A DNA stretch of 57,032 nt, the filler included, from Bipalium vagum (Eukaryota): assembly GCA_037834085.1 (NCBI GenBank). It is 3 parts of 3 records of this genome, joined end to end, with 100 filler letters (N's around TTAATTAATTAA, not from the genome) between each part and the next. Parts side by side here need not be neighbours in the genome. Positions count along the whole stretch, not along the records: positions 1 to 21,145 come from JBBMKC010241733.1; positions 21,246 to 41,263 come from JBBMKC010262382.1; 1 more part is not named here. The stretch is one strand, 5' to 3'. Positions 10,362 through 23,257 of the stretch are shown in pieces. The stretch's first letter is position 1. Every line of letters begins with the position of its first letter. The notes beneath the pieces were generated by a model, which saw only the letters and a program-made list of their open reading frames with translations, was not told where the DNA came from and made no database searches. The position numbers and the translations under genes are program-made.

Positions 10362-13300
10362 TTATTTCCTAGTAGATTTGTTCTTCAGACCCATATTGCG
10401 AAGGGTATCATTAAATTGGGTCTGCTTTATATGTTCCTTGATGGTCTTATCTATTTGGCCTAGTTCCTCTCTCAGAGAATCATTCAGCGACATGGGATCT
10501 GAAAAATAAAACGAGGAACAATCAAAACGAGATATTTCTTGCATTTGACTTAGGAGAAATCAAATGAAAAAATATAATCACTTGGTTCTGGCTTTAAGGA
10601 GGCCATCTTGGATCTGTCAGGCAAGACAACGGGCTTATCTGTTTTGAGTTGGTTTAGAAATGCTGGACAGTCAAGAGTTAGGGATAATATAATGATTAGC
10701 TAATGTACCACCTTTTCTATTAGTATCGATCTTTTGTTTGGAGGCATCGTACTGGTGGAGATAGGAATTCTTATCTTCCCAATTTTGTAGCTGGTAACCT
10801 TTTAATAAATGATTTAAAAATATTTTCAGCTCTGGCTATTGTAATATATGTTATTATGCTCAAGATATCAACAGAATCAAATAAAACCTGCACGAGTTTT
10901 ATTATGGTGTTTTAATACAAAATGTGCAACCAAGAGATTGACAGCATTTTGATGTCAATGGGCGAGTACATTAAAATTGGCTGTTTTGAAGCCTTAATTT
11001 TCACTGGCAAGAGAGTCTCGAAAGGTTAAAATGGATTGAGTTTATTTGATAAAACACTGATTTCGCATAAGACAAAATAATTCAATGGACTAAGAAACTA
11101 TCATCCAATGTGTTTTTAAAAGTGACTTACAAATTTCAAGCCATTTATTTGACTGACTTTTCGACTGTTCATAAAGGTCGATACTAGGAGCTCTATATTT
11201 TTCCAATTATAATGAAAATGTATTTGGATGGTGAATTTTGAAGAACTAACTTCAGTGGTTAAATAACGAATTCAATTTAACAGACTCTTAAGATATCTTC
11301 ATCAAACCCGGTACCCTGTCGGATAGTTTTTCCCCAATAATGTCGTTAAATTACTAAAATCTCATAGTTCACGGTTATATTTAGCGCTAAAAACGGATTA
11401 TTAAAACAATATGATATGAAAACATTTCTCATTATTATATTTAAAGGGTAAAGCGAAATTTAAAACTAATAAATTATTTCATATCTCTTCATACACAAAA
11501 AATATGTTCCATTTAATTCTGAATAACAAAAAAACTACATTTTATGGGACATAATATTATTAGTTGTATTAGTATGATTCTGGCTTTTACAAAATGAGTT
11601 AAAATTTGTGGTTCAAAGAATAAATTAAATTGGTGTCATATATTATTTGTAAGATCACATATTAATAACTCAATAAAAACGTAAAACTTTATTTAAATAT
11701 ATATTGTTCAAATGTTACAAAAATTCAAAATGGCCAGTTCTGCTCCAAATAAACATCATTTGTGGAAAGTAATATTGAATTACTGTTTTGAAAAGAAAAA
11801 CATGAGCAAAAACACAGTTTGTTGGTAGAAGTTTACTTCAAATATGCCTCTTCCGCTACGACATGTAAAGAATGGTTTTTCCGATTCAGAAATGAAGATT
11901 ACGACATAATGGACAAAGAGCATGGTATAACATGAAAAGTGTTTGAAGATGAAGAATTGGCACAATTACTGCACGAAGACCCATGTCAAACGCAAACCGA
12001 ACTATCCATTGTGTTAACTGAGAGCCAATGATGTGTTTCCAAAAGTCTGAGTGGTATGGGAATGATTAGAAAATTAGGGAAATGGATCCCACATAGATTG
12101 ACGGGAAAAGATATTGAAAGGCGACTTAAAATTTGTGATATCCATCTTCGTAGGCAACAAAGAAAAAAAATCTTGCATAGAATTGTGATAGGAGAAGAAA
12201 CATGGATTCAATATGAAAACTCAAAACGCAAAGCATCTTGGTTGAAGCCTAGCGAACCGAGTATACAATATAAATTTACATTATGATTAGTATTATTCAC
12301 CGTTATATTATAATGTATAACATTGGAGATAAATATTTATTATCATTAAAGTTATAATGTTAACATTACAAATACCGAAATTATAAATTATCCTTAAGCT
12401 TTCATTTGTCACTAAAGATGTTGATGGATTAAATATGCGTCTCTCTTTAATGACATTATTTACCACGGACAAATGAGTATGGATTTATCAATTAAAGGTT
12501 TAGTGTCTTTTGAGTCTTATATCTTATAGCAATACATTCGATTAATGAAATGTCTAATGAAATCATTGGTGATGCAAATGCAGAAAAATGGAAAATAAAT
12601 CAATTTCTCCAGAGCCAATGGCTCTGTTTTCCAACTTAGAATTTCTAACCCAAGTCTATTTTAAAAAGCATATCAGAGTGTGAACGTGAAACTATCGTTC
12701 CCTCTGGTGATTAAAATTTTATTTTTGTAAAATATATTCTTTTTAAAAGTCGACTTACTTTGACTTGGAAGTTCTGGTTGCGTTTCTCTTTTTGATATTT
12801 TCGGATGACTGGCATTCTCAGGATAGTTATTTTCATAATCATTCAGAGAATGTTGACTGATTCTTCTTAAGCAAAAACGTCAGAGATTATTAAAATAACG
12901 AAAATCTTTTTAGTATCTTGTATTGAAAGGAACAATTTAAGCATGACTCCTTTTGATTTGAGAATATTTTTAATGGAATGACTTTGAAAGTATTTTAATC
13001 TCAGTAGGAATGAGTATGAAAGTATGAGACAAAAAATAACAAGAGGTACTTCTTGTATAGACTTTAAAGAGATATTTTGAAGAATAGGGTATGTTAAATA
13101 GGATAAATATACAGCTTAATGACTTAATTCCAAAATGATGATCGAGATTTTTTCCACATCATTAACAAAAAGGACGTTTTGAATCATCTTTGAATATTAT
13201 ATCTTCTTCTTCGTTTACTCTTTTGAATAAAACTCAAATTTCTCGACTTAGCATTTGAATAGAGTTTTTATAAAATTTACATTTTAGGATAAGTTAAGAA

Positions 13301-15935
13301 AGGCCTGGGGAAGTATGATTATAAATAAAATAAAATATATAAAGAACATTTTATACAGAGTTGGCCAAAAGTCTCTTAGTATCTTTTTTGAAAAAACAAA
13401 AAAAGAAGAAATAAGAAAAAAATTAATTTTAAGATACATTTCAATTCAGACATGATTTTTTGACGAAGTTTTAAAAATTATTTCGTTAAAATGTTGACCA
13501 CCAGAATGTTTTTTCAAATATGTGCTCTTTTTAATACATTTTCCATTACTTAATGCAATGTTTCCGTCGGTATTGCTGATATTTTTTGATCGTATGTTGT
13601 CTTTTAATTCAGTTAATGTTTGAGGCTATTAACATAAACTTTGTCTTTCAGATAGCCCCAAAGAAAAAAGTCAGGAACTATGAAATCCAGCGACCTTGAA
13701 GGCCATCGAAAATTTGAATGTTTTGTTATTAATTGATTTCTGAAAGTTGGAGTCGGGAGTTTTCTTGTGTCTCTGCTGGTGTGAGCTGTGGCTCCATCCT
13801 GTTGGAACCAGACCTCCTCAACTTCATTTACAAGATTCGTTATAATAAAAATTTGAATCATCTTTCGATATCGATTGCCATTCACCGTAACCGTCATACC
13901 GTCTTCTTCATAAAAATAAGGACCCATGATTGTTCTCGTGGAAACAGCACACTACTACGTTACTTTTTCTGGGTACTTCAATCTGTGAATTGGTAGTACT
14001 CCAAAAACGTGTATTTTGCTTGTTGATGTAGCCGTTAAATTGGAAATGAGCTTCGTCACTCATCCATAAATTTCTTAAAAATGAACCATCACAATCATTT
14101 GTATTTGGTAACTGACGACTATATTGTAGGCGCAATAGATAGTTATTTCGGTTTAAATTTTGGATGAATTGAATTTCTAAGGATACATTTGTAAAAATTT
14201 GTTTAAAACTCTCCGCAATGATGACCGACTGATGTCTAACTGAGTACACCGTTTTCGACTTGAATCGTTTGGATCCTCCTTTACACTCTGTCTTACAGCC
14301 TTAATATTAATATTATTCCTTGAAGATCTTTGTCTCCCTGGTCTTCTGGCATCTTAAGACAAGAGGGCGAATTCCTTGTTTTGTAAAATTTTCTTAATCT
14401 CAATTGTGTTCCAGAAATACTTCTTTGACTTTCGAGGCAAAATACTACTATTTTGGTTGTTTCTTCTCCCATAAATTTATTTATAATTAATTAATGTTGT
14501 CTTTTTTTATGTACGTTATTGAGTTAAAACAAAAATTAAAATATATATTAGAATAAAAAATTTATTGATTTATTTCATTAGTAATTGATTTTTTGCCCAC
14601 CCTATATTTCAGAGATGTTTTTCACAATATTCATAAGAGATACCTTGTTAATTCTTTGACTTTTTCTGATAAGGTTTGGTTCTGCTTGAATATGAAATCC
14701 AGTTCCAAATTCAACCGGCCTTGCATTTCGCTCAAAGAGTTGTTTTGATTTCTACAATCACAGGAACGAATGAGAGGAACAAAACCTAGAAATTACCTGA
14801 GAGCCTCATTTTCCAACATATATTCCTGGAGAATTTCGTAAAAAGAACCAGACTCTTTAATGCTGGTATTGTCATTGAGGGAATTTGTAATGGTTTCTAG
14901 TTATGTTTTTATAAATACACTTTATATTGATATTAATTATTATATTAATAATAATACTGGCGCCAGATGACATTCGTGAGGATTTTTCAGTAACAGAAGA
15001 ATTCTTCCGTAAAACATATTCTAAATAAATGCATCATCTTTTCTTTAATTTCATTCATCTTAAATTTGTTAATAATAGTCTTCAAATAAAAACAGTGATT
15101 AGAAATATTTTTTCAAATAAAGACATTATTGATTTATTATTATTATCATTAATAAAATTATTATTTTCATTACTATTATTAATTTTATTATTATTATTAT
15201 CTTAAATTTTTATTTCTTAGGAATTATTGTGTGCTTAAGAAAAAAATCAGAAATCATGAGGAGAATTAACTGACAAAGACCCAACATAAGTTTCTTTCAT
15301 TATTCTTTACTTAGTCCCGATTTATTTTCTTTTCATAAACAATAAAAATTAGACACTTGCATTAAACTAAGCCTTTTTTGTGATGTTGTCTATATTTAGA
15401 TATAAACAGTAAAAGATACAGTATTTAAAATCAATAGCCACTATTCCGTATTGTGTCATTCAATTTCGATTTTACTGCTTGTGTATAAGTGAGCAATCCA
15501 CTTGATCTTAGTCTTTGTTAAACTGCATTGACAGAAACATGAGATTGAATTTGATTCTGCATTTGTACACCGCTTATGAACCTGTCATTTGCGCACAGTC
15601 ACAAAATGTGCCTCTAATAGAAATGTGTTCTAATTTTTATATTACCACCCAATTCTCTCCGACCACTTTCATCCGTTGATAACATCTTACCACTGTGCTT
15701 CGATGTAGCTGTAAACGATTTTCGTTTCTTGTGGAGCTCCATATAGTATCGAATTTTAGGGAACGCATTGGTTCGTGTTGAAGGAATTTTTAGACAAGAA
15801 TTTTTTTGATGGTCAAGTACGTCGTACTTCCATTTACTTAAATTTGTCATGCTCAAAGATATTTTGTGAGATGGTGCAATGTCTTGCAGAAAAATGATTT
15901 TTTCTTCTGTTAACCTGGACAGCAAAGAATGTCAG

Positions 15936-15970
<35 letters not shown>

Positions 15971-17238
15971 TAAATAATAATAATAAAATAAAAAATATTA
16001 ATAAGAAATTTACTAATATTAATTAATATTTTTTATTTTTCAGAAAATTTTATTGGTGTGTTGACTTTCCTTAGTGGTGGCTATGTTTGGAAAGGTACTG
16101 CCACTTAGGGAAATTCAGAATAATTTAATGAATTATAAAATGCCATTGCCCGGATAATGAACACTTGGTGGCCTCATATTAGGGCTGGTAAATGAAAGAG
16201 ATTTGCTTAGAAAATTTAGTGAAGAAAATTATTTAGTGAGAAGATTATTTTGGTTTTGAAATTTTTACGAAGACATTCAGTGTTGGTTTTACGTATTTCT
16301 TTCAATGATTTTGGATCAGATTACATTTTTTCGGAAAATTTCTACAATTTTATTCAAGAAGTGTGTTGGATTTTTGTAATGTTTTGGACTATCAATCTAC
16401 ACTGTGGAGTTCAATCGCCTTTAAATGGCAGTCCAACGATTGGTTGAAATCACTTGTTCAGGCAAGCGATCGTACATTTATTTTAGTGTTTTCTGTTTTC
16501 GTTTGACATATCGATTCTAATTTCATTATATTATCATTTGATCATTTGATTGATTGTTACTGATATTGATTTCATTATTGATATTTTATTGATCCTTATT
16601 GATATTCATATAATTATTTGATATTTGATTTTAACTTATGCATTATCGATTTATTTTATTGAGATTGATTCATTTTTGGTATATCTCTAAGTATTGGCAA
16701 TGGTTACGAGTAATAGTTGATCGGTTTTAATTGGTGGATATGCAGAATTTGACGATTATATTATCTTTGTAAAATGTTAATAAAGTTTTATTGTTGAACC
16801 CTTATTTTTCTTTCATTAAAACCAACCATTATTGAGGAGAAAGATAACGACTAAATGTTTAAATTCCAACCACACGTTAAGCTGAATTTATTTAACATTA
16901 TTTAATTAAATAAGATATTTCTTATTGTAAAACGGATAGAGTCAAACAAAATTACCTTTCTTGGGTTGATTGTTGGTTTGCGATTTTATCTCAAGTTGAT
17001 TTTTCAACAATCTGTTTTGTTCCTTTAATAATTTGATTTCTTGTTTCATAAACTCAAAATATTCATCTTTCTGAACAAAACTCAAAATTATTTAATTGAT
17101 TAAAACCCCAACCTCTTTAAATACTGTATTACTACTTCCTTCTAAAAACGATTGGTTTTGAGATCTTGAAATGTCATTTTCTGTGCTTGACTTTGGATCC
17201 CGAATAATTTTGAAGGTATCAAAGGGCAACTGCATCAC
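10362..17238 (-). CDS. uncharacterised coiled-coil protein, 9 exons (17238-17113, 17070-16956, 14896-14797, 14751-14644, 12865-12759, 12703-12650, 10798-10712, 10662-10582, 10498-10362)
   Basis: All eight introns are GT-AG with consistent phases (0,1,2,2,1,1,1,1), giving a 915-nt stop-free frame: VMQLPFDTFK...MKQEIKLLKEQNRLLKNQLEI...YMLENEALRNQNNSLSEMQGRLNLELDFIFKQNQTLSEKVKELT...LREELGQIDKTIKEHIKQTQFNDTLRNMGLKNKSTRK*. First in-frame ATG is 17235; the true 5' end is uncertain. Confidence 0.75.
11730..12265 (+). mobile_element. mariner (Mos1/mauritiana-like) 5' transposase relic, intronic
   Basis: MASSAPNKHHLWKVILNYCF...TCKEWF...FEDEELAQLLHEDPCQTQTEL...KLGKWIPHRLT...LHRIVIGEETWIQYEN (WVPHEL and TGDEKW motifs). 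Frameshifted and 3'-truncated. Confidence 0.88.
13356..14604 (-). mobile_element. rosa/DD41D Tc1-mariner element, full-length relic, intronic
   Basis: Imperfect TIRs CAGAGTTGGCCAAAAGTC and (rc) TAGGGTGGGCAAAAAATC with TA flanks. Reads WMSDEAHF...WFQQDGATAHT...WPSRSLDFIVPDFFLWGYLKDKVY, with exactly 41 residues between the second and third Asp. Frameshifted. Confidence 0.9.
15810..15920 (-). mobile_element. mariner transposase fragment
   Basis: KIIFLQDIAPSHKISLSMTNLSKWKYDVLDH resembles mariner IFxQDNAPxH...LxHPPYSPD. It explains the start of ORF 15614-15925. Confidence 0.55.
15938..15986. repeat. (AAT)n microsatellite
   Basis: Near-perfect AAT run. Confidence 0.9.
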
Positions 17239-17476
17239 CTGTGACGACAGACATGAAGCGTCATGTGAGCTTTTAATTTATTATCATAAAAATAGTATTG
17301 GAAGTATGTTTATTTTGAAGATTACTTAAATTTAGAAGACAATAGTTATACATTTCCGTTAAGCTCTCTGACAAAAGAAAGTAGGGCTTAATATCAATAA
17401 ATAATATCCAAACACAATTGGGCAGAGTAATAAAACTATTTCAATTGTAAGCCCAATATCAATTAAAACAAACATT

Positions 17477-17506
17477 TATTATTATTATTATTATTATTAT
17501 TTATTA

Positions 17507-17554
<48 letters not shown>

Positions 17555-17555
17555 T
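17477..17555. repeat. (ATT)n microsatellite
   Basis: Interrupted ATT run. Confidence 0.9.
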
Positions 17556-19653
17556 ATATCGTAGTAATATCATTTAGGTTTATCTACTTCACATTGATTA
17601 AGGTTATTAACCTAATAAAAATTGATGTGATCAATATCTGTGTTAATATCATATAAGAATAGTGAAAATTATTTCATATAATTTTATTATTGTTAGTATT
17701 TAAAATATTTTACTTTTGTAATTTTAATAACATCAAAAACCCGAATTAATTACAATAATATCGTTTAAATGATGATTTTCAATATTATTAATATTATTTA
17801 TATTTGAAAAAAATATTAGATTAAAACAAATTTAGTGAAAAAAATTTTAAATATCAAGTTTACAAAAACTCTCATTAAACAGAATATTTTATTTTATTTT
17901 TATACAAAATAAATGTTACAGAATATTGAAAAATCGATTTTAATATATCAAAAGATTGTTATATTTTATTTTTGAATTAATTATTGATTTTTTTGGATTA
18001 TTTGTTTTCTTTTATTTATTTTGCAACAAACTCGATGTTACCGAACAATTTTTATCGACATCGATTTATGACAAACTGTGATGTTATCCAAGTCTGTAGA
18101 TTTTATGGAAACAAGGACTCGTTAGGGTACCAATATGAAACTCAACAGTTGAAAATGTTATATTCCAAAGTCAAAATCTTTAATCAATAAATTTAAGGTT
18201 TTACAATAAAATCAATTATTTACCATGATTTTCAGTTATAAGTCTCATTTATTTATTTCAAAAATTCCAAAATTAGTTTATATATATTTTAAAATATTTC
18301 AAGCACTCAATTACCGTTCTCAGAGTATTGTTAATAATATATTAGATTTTTAGTAAATATTTTTAATTTATATTTTGCAGAAAAAATGATTAGCTGAACG
18401 GTGGAAAATATTAGATAAACCTATACAAAAATGAATATAAATTTATGATTATTATGTTTACTGAAACAAATGGCAATAGAAAAACAACAACGCATTTCGA
18501 ATAAATGAATCGATAGAAAGATGTTAGAAAACGACAAAAAGAAATAATATTCTTCAATTCCCAATAAAAACAGGAAAACCAAACACCAAGATCGTCAACC
18601 AAAATCGCTTCATGGTTGGAATTAAATCCTTTTTAAAGATAACGCGAAACACTTCCATGAAAAATGATAAATAAAATAAAATCAATTGTAAAAAAAAGAA
18701 AATTATGCTTAATTATGCCATGTTTTAATAATTACTTTTTCAAATTCAAAAGTCACTTAACAATGACTACTAAAAAGAACCGGGAATTTCTATTTAAGAA
18801 GCTCCCAAGCTCTGGTTTGTCTGAAAATCATTCAAATCAATTGTAATCGTTGATTATTTTTAAAACAAAACGATACTCAAAAAATTATTTTCATTAGCGA
18901 TCGACTTTTTATTTTTAAGAAATCAATATTTATTATCATTAAAAAGATTTAATTGAAAATTGATTAAGATTAAAATCTATTCTAAAAAAACAATGATATT
19001 GATATTAATAAATATTTTATTCATAAATTCCATCATAATGTATCAAAATGTCTCAATTGTGAAAGTTTGTGTTTAGTCCAAGCATTCTCAGCTCTTCCCA
19101 ACTCTTCTTCTCTTTTTTCCAGAAACCTCAATTCAGTTAGGATGGTTTAGAAATATTTTCTGTCAACAGAGATTCAAAGAAAAAAGTCAAAATAAAGAAA
19201 AACCATCGCAAACATTTATAAAAATAAAAAAATCGATACAGTTAAACAGTAACAAGAGCCACCGTCAAAATGTATTGTTTAGTGATGCAACAGAGAAACA
19301 ATTCTTGCACACACAAAGAAAGAGAAACACGGACAAAAATTCAAACTCAACAAACAAATCATTGACAATTCAATTGAACTCGTTATCGATTGTTTTCTAT
19401 TTGACCATACTCACCCATTGTTTGTATATTTATAATTTTTTGGAGATCGAAATTATTACATAATATTGTTTAAATTTTTTTCGTTAGATGTCAGAGAAAA
19501 ATATTGATTTTCTTTTGTTGTTTTGCAATACAAATAATATTGAGAACTTTAAAATTTACTATTGATTTTATTAATAGTGTTATTATTATTCATCATAGTT
19601 ATTATGACACTTCGAATTCCTTTTATGTTTTTAATTGAAACGGTATTTATTAC

Positions 19654-20137
19654 CTTCACTACCGATGTAGGCTAGTCGAACTCCTTTGAGAGCAATAAAG
19701 TTCAGACATTTGTTTACATTGGCAATTTTGTGCACTCTCATTTTTCCTCTATCGGCTTTTGGTAGTTTTTCGTTACTTATGACTTCGAGCAGTTGCATGA
19801 GTTTTAATCCATCACGAAAATCTTGTTCAATCGCTTCGATGCTTTGGTTGACTTTTCTCAGGTGAGAATTACACCACGCAGTAAAAGTCTGAATGATAAA
19901 AGCTTGATCGATGGAAATTTTATCAATTTTAAAAATTAATAAAATTTATCTGATTAGTGAATCAGTAGATTAAAATCAATAATAAGGAAACCAATTTATT
20001 AATAATCAATTTTGGTTTAAGATAAATTTCTGAGTTACCGTTTTCTGTTGTTTTTCCCATAAAGGATCAATAACATCATGTTGTTCTTCTGAATAATCAT
20101 TATCGACGTATCCAGAATAATTGCTAATAGAATTCAT
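19654..20137 (-). CDS. ACTN: alpha-actinin, first two coding exons (20137-20039, 19888-19654; CH1 domain); remainder not found in window
   Basis: [33 protein letters not shown]|[78 protein letters not shown]|G is very close to the alpha-actinin N-terminus ([22 protein letters not shown]...). Canonical GT-AG sites, phases 0 and 1. Confidence 0.93.
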
Positions 20138-21145
20138 TTTTAAAATTTTTTAATAACTAAAAGTTTGAAGAATATTATATAAATGATAAGTAAATGTAAT
20201 TTATTTAAACAAAACTATTTCAGTGTTTAATTTAATTGTTATTAAAGTATGCAAGGCAAATAATTCTAATAATGAATTTGAATATTATTGAATTTGAGCA
20301 TTGGAGAAAAAATAAATTTCTGTTTAATTTTAATTAATTTTTTCTATTTTTCTGAATAATATTGATTAAAATATTTTTAATATTTAAAGTCAATAATTAG
20401 TTATTAACATTGATTTTCTTTTTTATTGTTTTCAAATCTTTATTTAATTGACGTAATTATTAATAAATATACGTAAGTTTATAGATAATTTTTCCGATTT
20501 TGGAGACAATCGTAAAGAAAGACTAAACATTATCACTTGGAAAGCATTAAATACACTGAAATATGAAGTAAACAATTTCTCGAAAAAACTCACATTTTAC
20601 CTCCTTTCGTTGACATTAGAATTAAACCTGTTACTAATTAATACAGAAAATAACCTATTAAAATACAGAAAAATTCTCACAGAAATTTGATAAAATTAAC
20701 AATGATTACAAGCATGAAATCTTGTTTGTGTTTTACAGCATCTTTCTTAATGATTATCTGTTGAGAAAATCTTAGAACATTAGAGGATGTTTATAGTAAG
20801 CAGTAAAATTATCCAGGTCAAAGTTAAATTATTTTTTAAATATTAAAAAGAATATTTAATTTTTTAGATATTAAAAAATTTCCAAAAATTATTCGTCACA
20901 TATGCCTTTCTCAAAAATTCCTAATTTTTATGTTAATGGAGCTAGCAAGCTCTTTTCCATATGGCAAATCTGTAGACAATAAAATTGTTTTAATTATGAT
21001 AGAATGAGTATATGTACATGGTTGCGCTGACAAGTCCTTAGAACGGAACCGAAAAAATTTAAATGTTGAAATGATATTTTGGATAATTATTATTCTTTAT
21101 ATAAAGGCATCGAAAATAGTTTTTGTTTAAATATATCATTAAATT

Positions 21146-21245
21146 NNNNNNNNNNNNNNNNNNNNNNNNNNNNNNNNNNNNNNNNNNNNTTAATTAATTA
21201 ANNNNNNNNNNNNNNNNNNNNNNNNNNNNNNNNNNNNNNNNNNNN
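21146..21245. other. artificial contig-joining gap with six-frame stop linker
   Basis: 44 N + TTAATTAATTAA (21190-21201) + 44 N. Confidence 0.97.
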
Positions 21246-21359
21246 AATTTCTTAATCACCAGTTTCCGAATATCTATGGATATCTTAGCCATATTTAACA
21301 AAAGAATTTCTAAAATTTAAAAAATATATTACTTAAGCAAAATTTTGTACTGTTCACCA

Positions 21360-22234
21360 ATTCCGGTCGATTCTTCTGGATCTCTTCTTTCAATTTTGTT
21401 AACTGAATGCAATACCTTTCCACTTTTATAGTCTGGTCACGTGGAAGCAGCTCATAATAAACAATGCCCTTTCAATCTCACCAAATGCAAAACATCACTT
21501 TCTTTGTTTGCAGATCCGGCTTTGCAACTGCTTGCGATGACTCATTTGGACCCGCACCATGACCGCCGTCGCTTATTGTTGTTATAGAGAACCCATTTTT
21601 CATCCCCAGTTACAATACGCTTCAGAAATGGATCCAATGAATTCCATTTTAGATGAGATTCGCATACAGCAATATGATCCAAAATGTTCTTTTCAGATAA
21701 TGAATGAGGGATCCAAATATCCATCTTTTTTTCATCCTAAGATTTTTCAGACGCTTTGCCACTGAGGAATGCTCAACGCCTAAATCCTGTGGAATTTCTC
21801 GCGTTGAGTTATGTCGGTCTAATTTAATTGCGGCCAAGATTTGATCATCATCCGTTGTGACTGGACGTCCTTGTCGGGCATCATCTTCGAGACTGATATT
21901 CCCACAACAAAAGCGCGCAAACCATCTTTGGCAGGTAACTGTTTATGGCTTAGTCACCATATACGCTGCATATTTCACGTCGCGGTTCTGCCACATTTAC
22001 CCCTTTATTAAATAAAAAAAACAAAACATGTGGGTAATGTTGCCTCATATCAGTAGTTTTAATGGCTTCCATCTTAAAAAATTATGATTAATCAATAATT
22101 TTTTTGAAATAAATTTCAAATACCTCCAACTTTATTATAATATTATTTAAACAACTTTGATTTAATAATTATTTGATAAAATTTTGTATAAACTTTATTA
22201 TTTAAAAACAATGCAGAACTTATTCCACACTCAA
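21360..22234 (-). mobile_element. mariner (mellifera/capitata-like) relic
   Basis: TIR-like end (rc) TA|TTGAGTGTGGAATAAGTTCTGCA. Reads CQRWFARF...LEDDARQGRP...DIWIPHSLSEKNILDHIAVCESHLKWNSLDPFLKRIVTGDEKWVLYNN. Frameshifted and 3'-truncated. Confidence 0.9.
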
Positions 22235-23147
22235 TATTATATTTACAATAATTTCACTTAATAAATCCTTTCTAACTTGTTTCAAAAATTTTAAATTTAC
22301 AACATCAATGTCTTTGTCGTTCTGTAAAATTTAAGGTTTTTATTTCATGGGTATACTCTTCCTATGATTTTAAATTTATTATATATTGAAACTTATGCCA
22401 AAGTATATTAAAAAAAAATAATATATAAAGATTTTTAAATCAAGAATTATAATTTATCTGATAGAAATAATATTAAAAATTCAGAACATTGTAAAACAAT
22501 GATTACTTTACTTTTAATCCATCTTAGATAAATCTTTATTTAATATGCTGAATATATTTTATTCGCTTAAAGAAAATTTTATCATTAGAAATTTTTATAT
22601 ATCAAAGATAATTGATAGATTTTTATTTGCTGATATCTACTTTTTTTAAAGAAAGCTTTTGTTTCAATAATTATTGAAAATAAACTTAATTGTTAATTTA
22701 TGGTATTTTTACTTTTGAATTTAAGTTATTTTCATATATTTTTACCAGTCAATTGAAGTGAGATTCTGATTACACTTTTCATGGTTAGTGTTCTTATTAA
22801 GAAAATGAATCTTTTTTTTCAAATTAACATTAAAATATATTTAAAATAGTATTATTTAACTTTATCGTTTACCTAACAACTTGCAGTGTTTAAAATGTGC
22901 AAGGTTTTTCTAAAAATTTTCTTTTCTATTAGATTTAAGCCATTTTATATTTTTTGAAGAATCGACCGATTAGGAAGAAACTATTTTTATAATATAATAT
23001 TGTGAAATACTGAAGTTTTTCATAACAAGCATCATTTTCCAGCATTTAGTAAACAACCACAGATTAATCATTTTAAGTTTTTGAAAATTTAATCTTTATT
23101 AAATTATTTTTATCAAGATTTAGGCTAGTATATTCAGTGTAAATTTA

Positions 23148-23257
23148 TCTTTGTAAATTATTATAATTTGCCAAATGTAATTAATCGATAAAAAATTTTC
23201 TGATCATAATTTGAAATTCATATTTAGATTTTCTTTAATTCAACATTTATCAAAAGT
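23148..23257 (+). repeat. 110-bp direct duplication (second copy at 24496-24609)
   Basis: TCTTTGTAAAT...CAACATTTATCAAAAGT repeated almost identically, differing by two small indels. Each copy sits immediately before a Merlin left TIR. Confidence 0.95.

Noticed and set aside
15614-15925. 103-aa ORF as an exon of the coiled-coil gene
   Set aside because: Acceptor phase is incompatible and the N-terminal part is a mariner fragment.
19033-19159. Beta-thymosin-like peptide (43 aa, KPxLxE start)
   Set aside because: Needs a frameshift correction and lacks the LKKTET actin-binding motif.
21190-21201. Palindromic TTAATTAATTAA motif (also 41308-41319) as a biological site
   Set aside because: Centred in identical N-runs; a synthetic six-frame stop linker.
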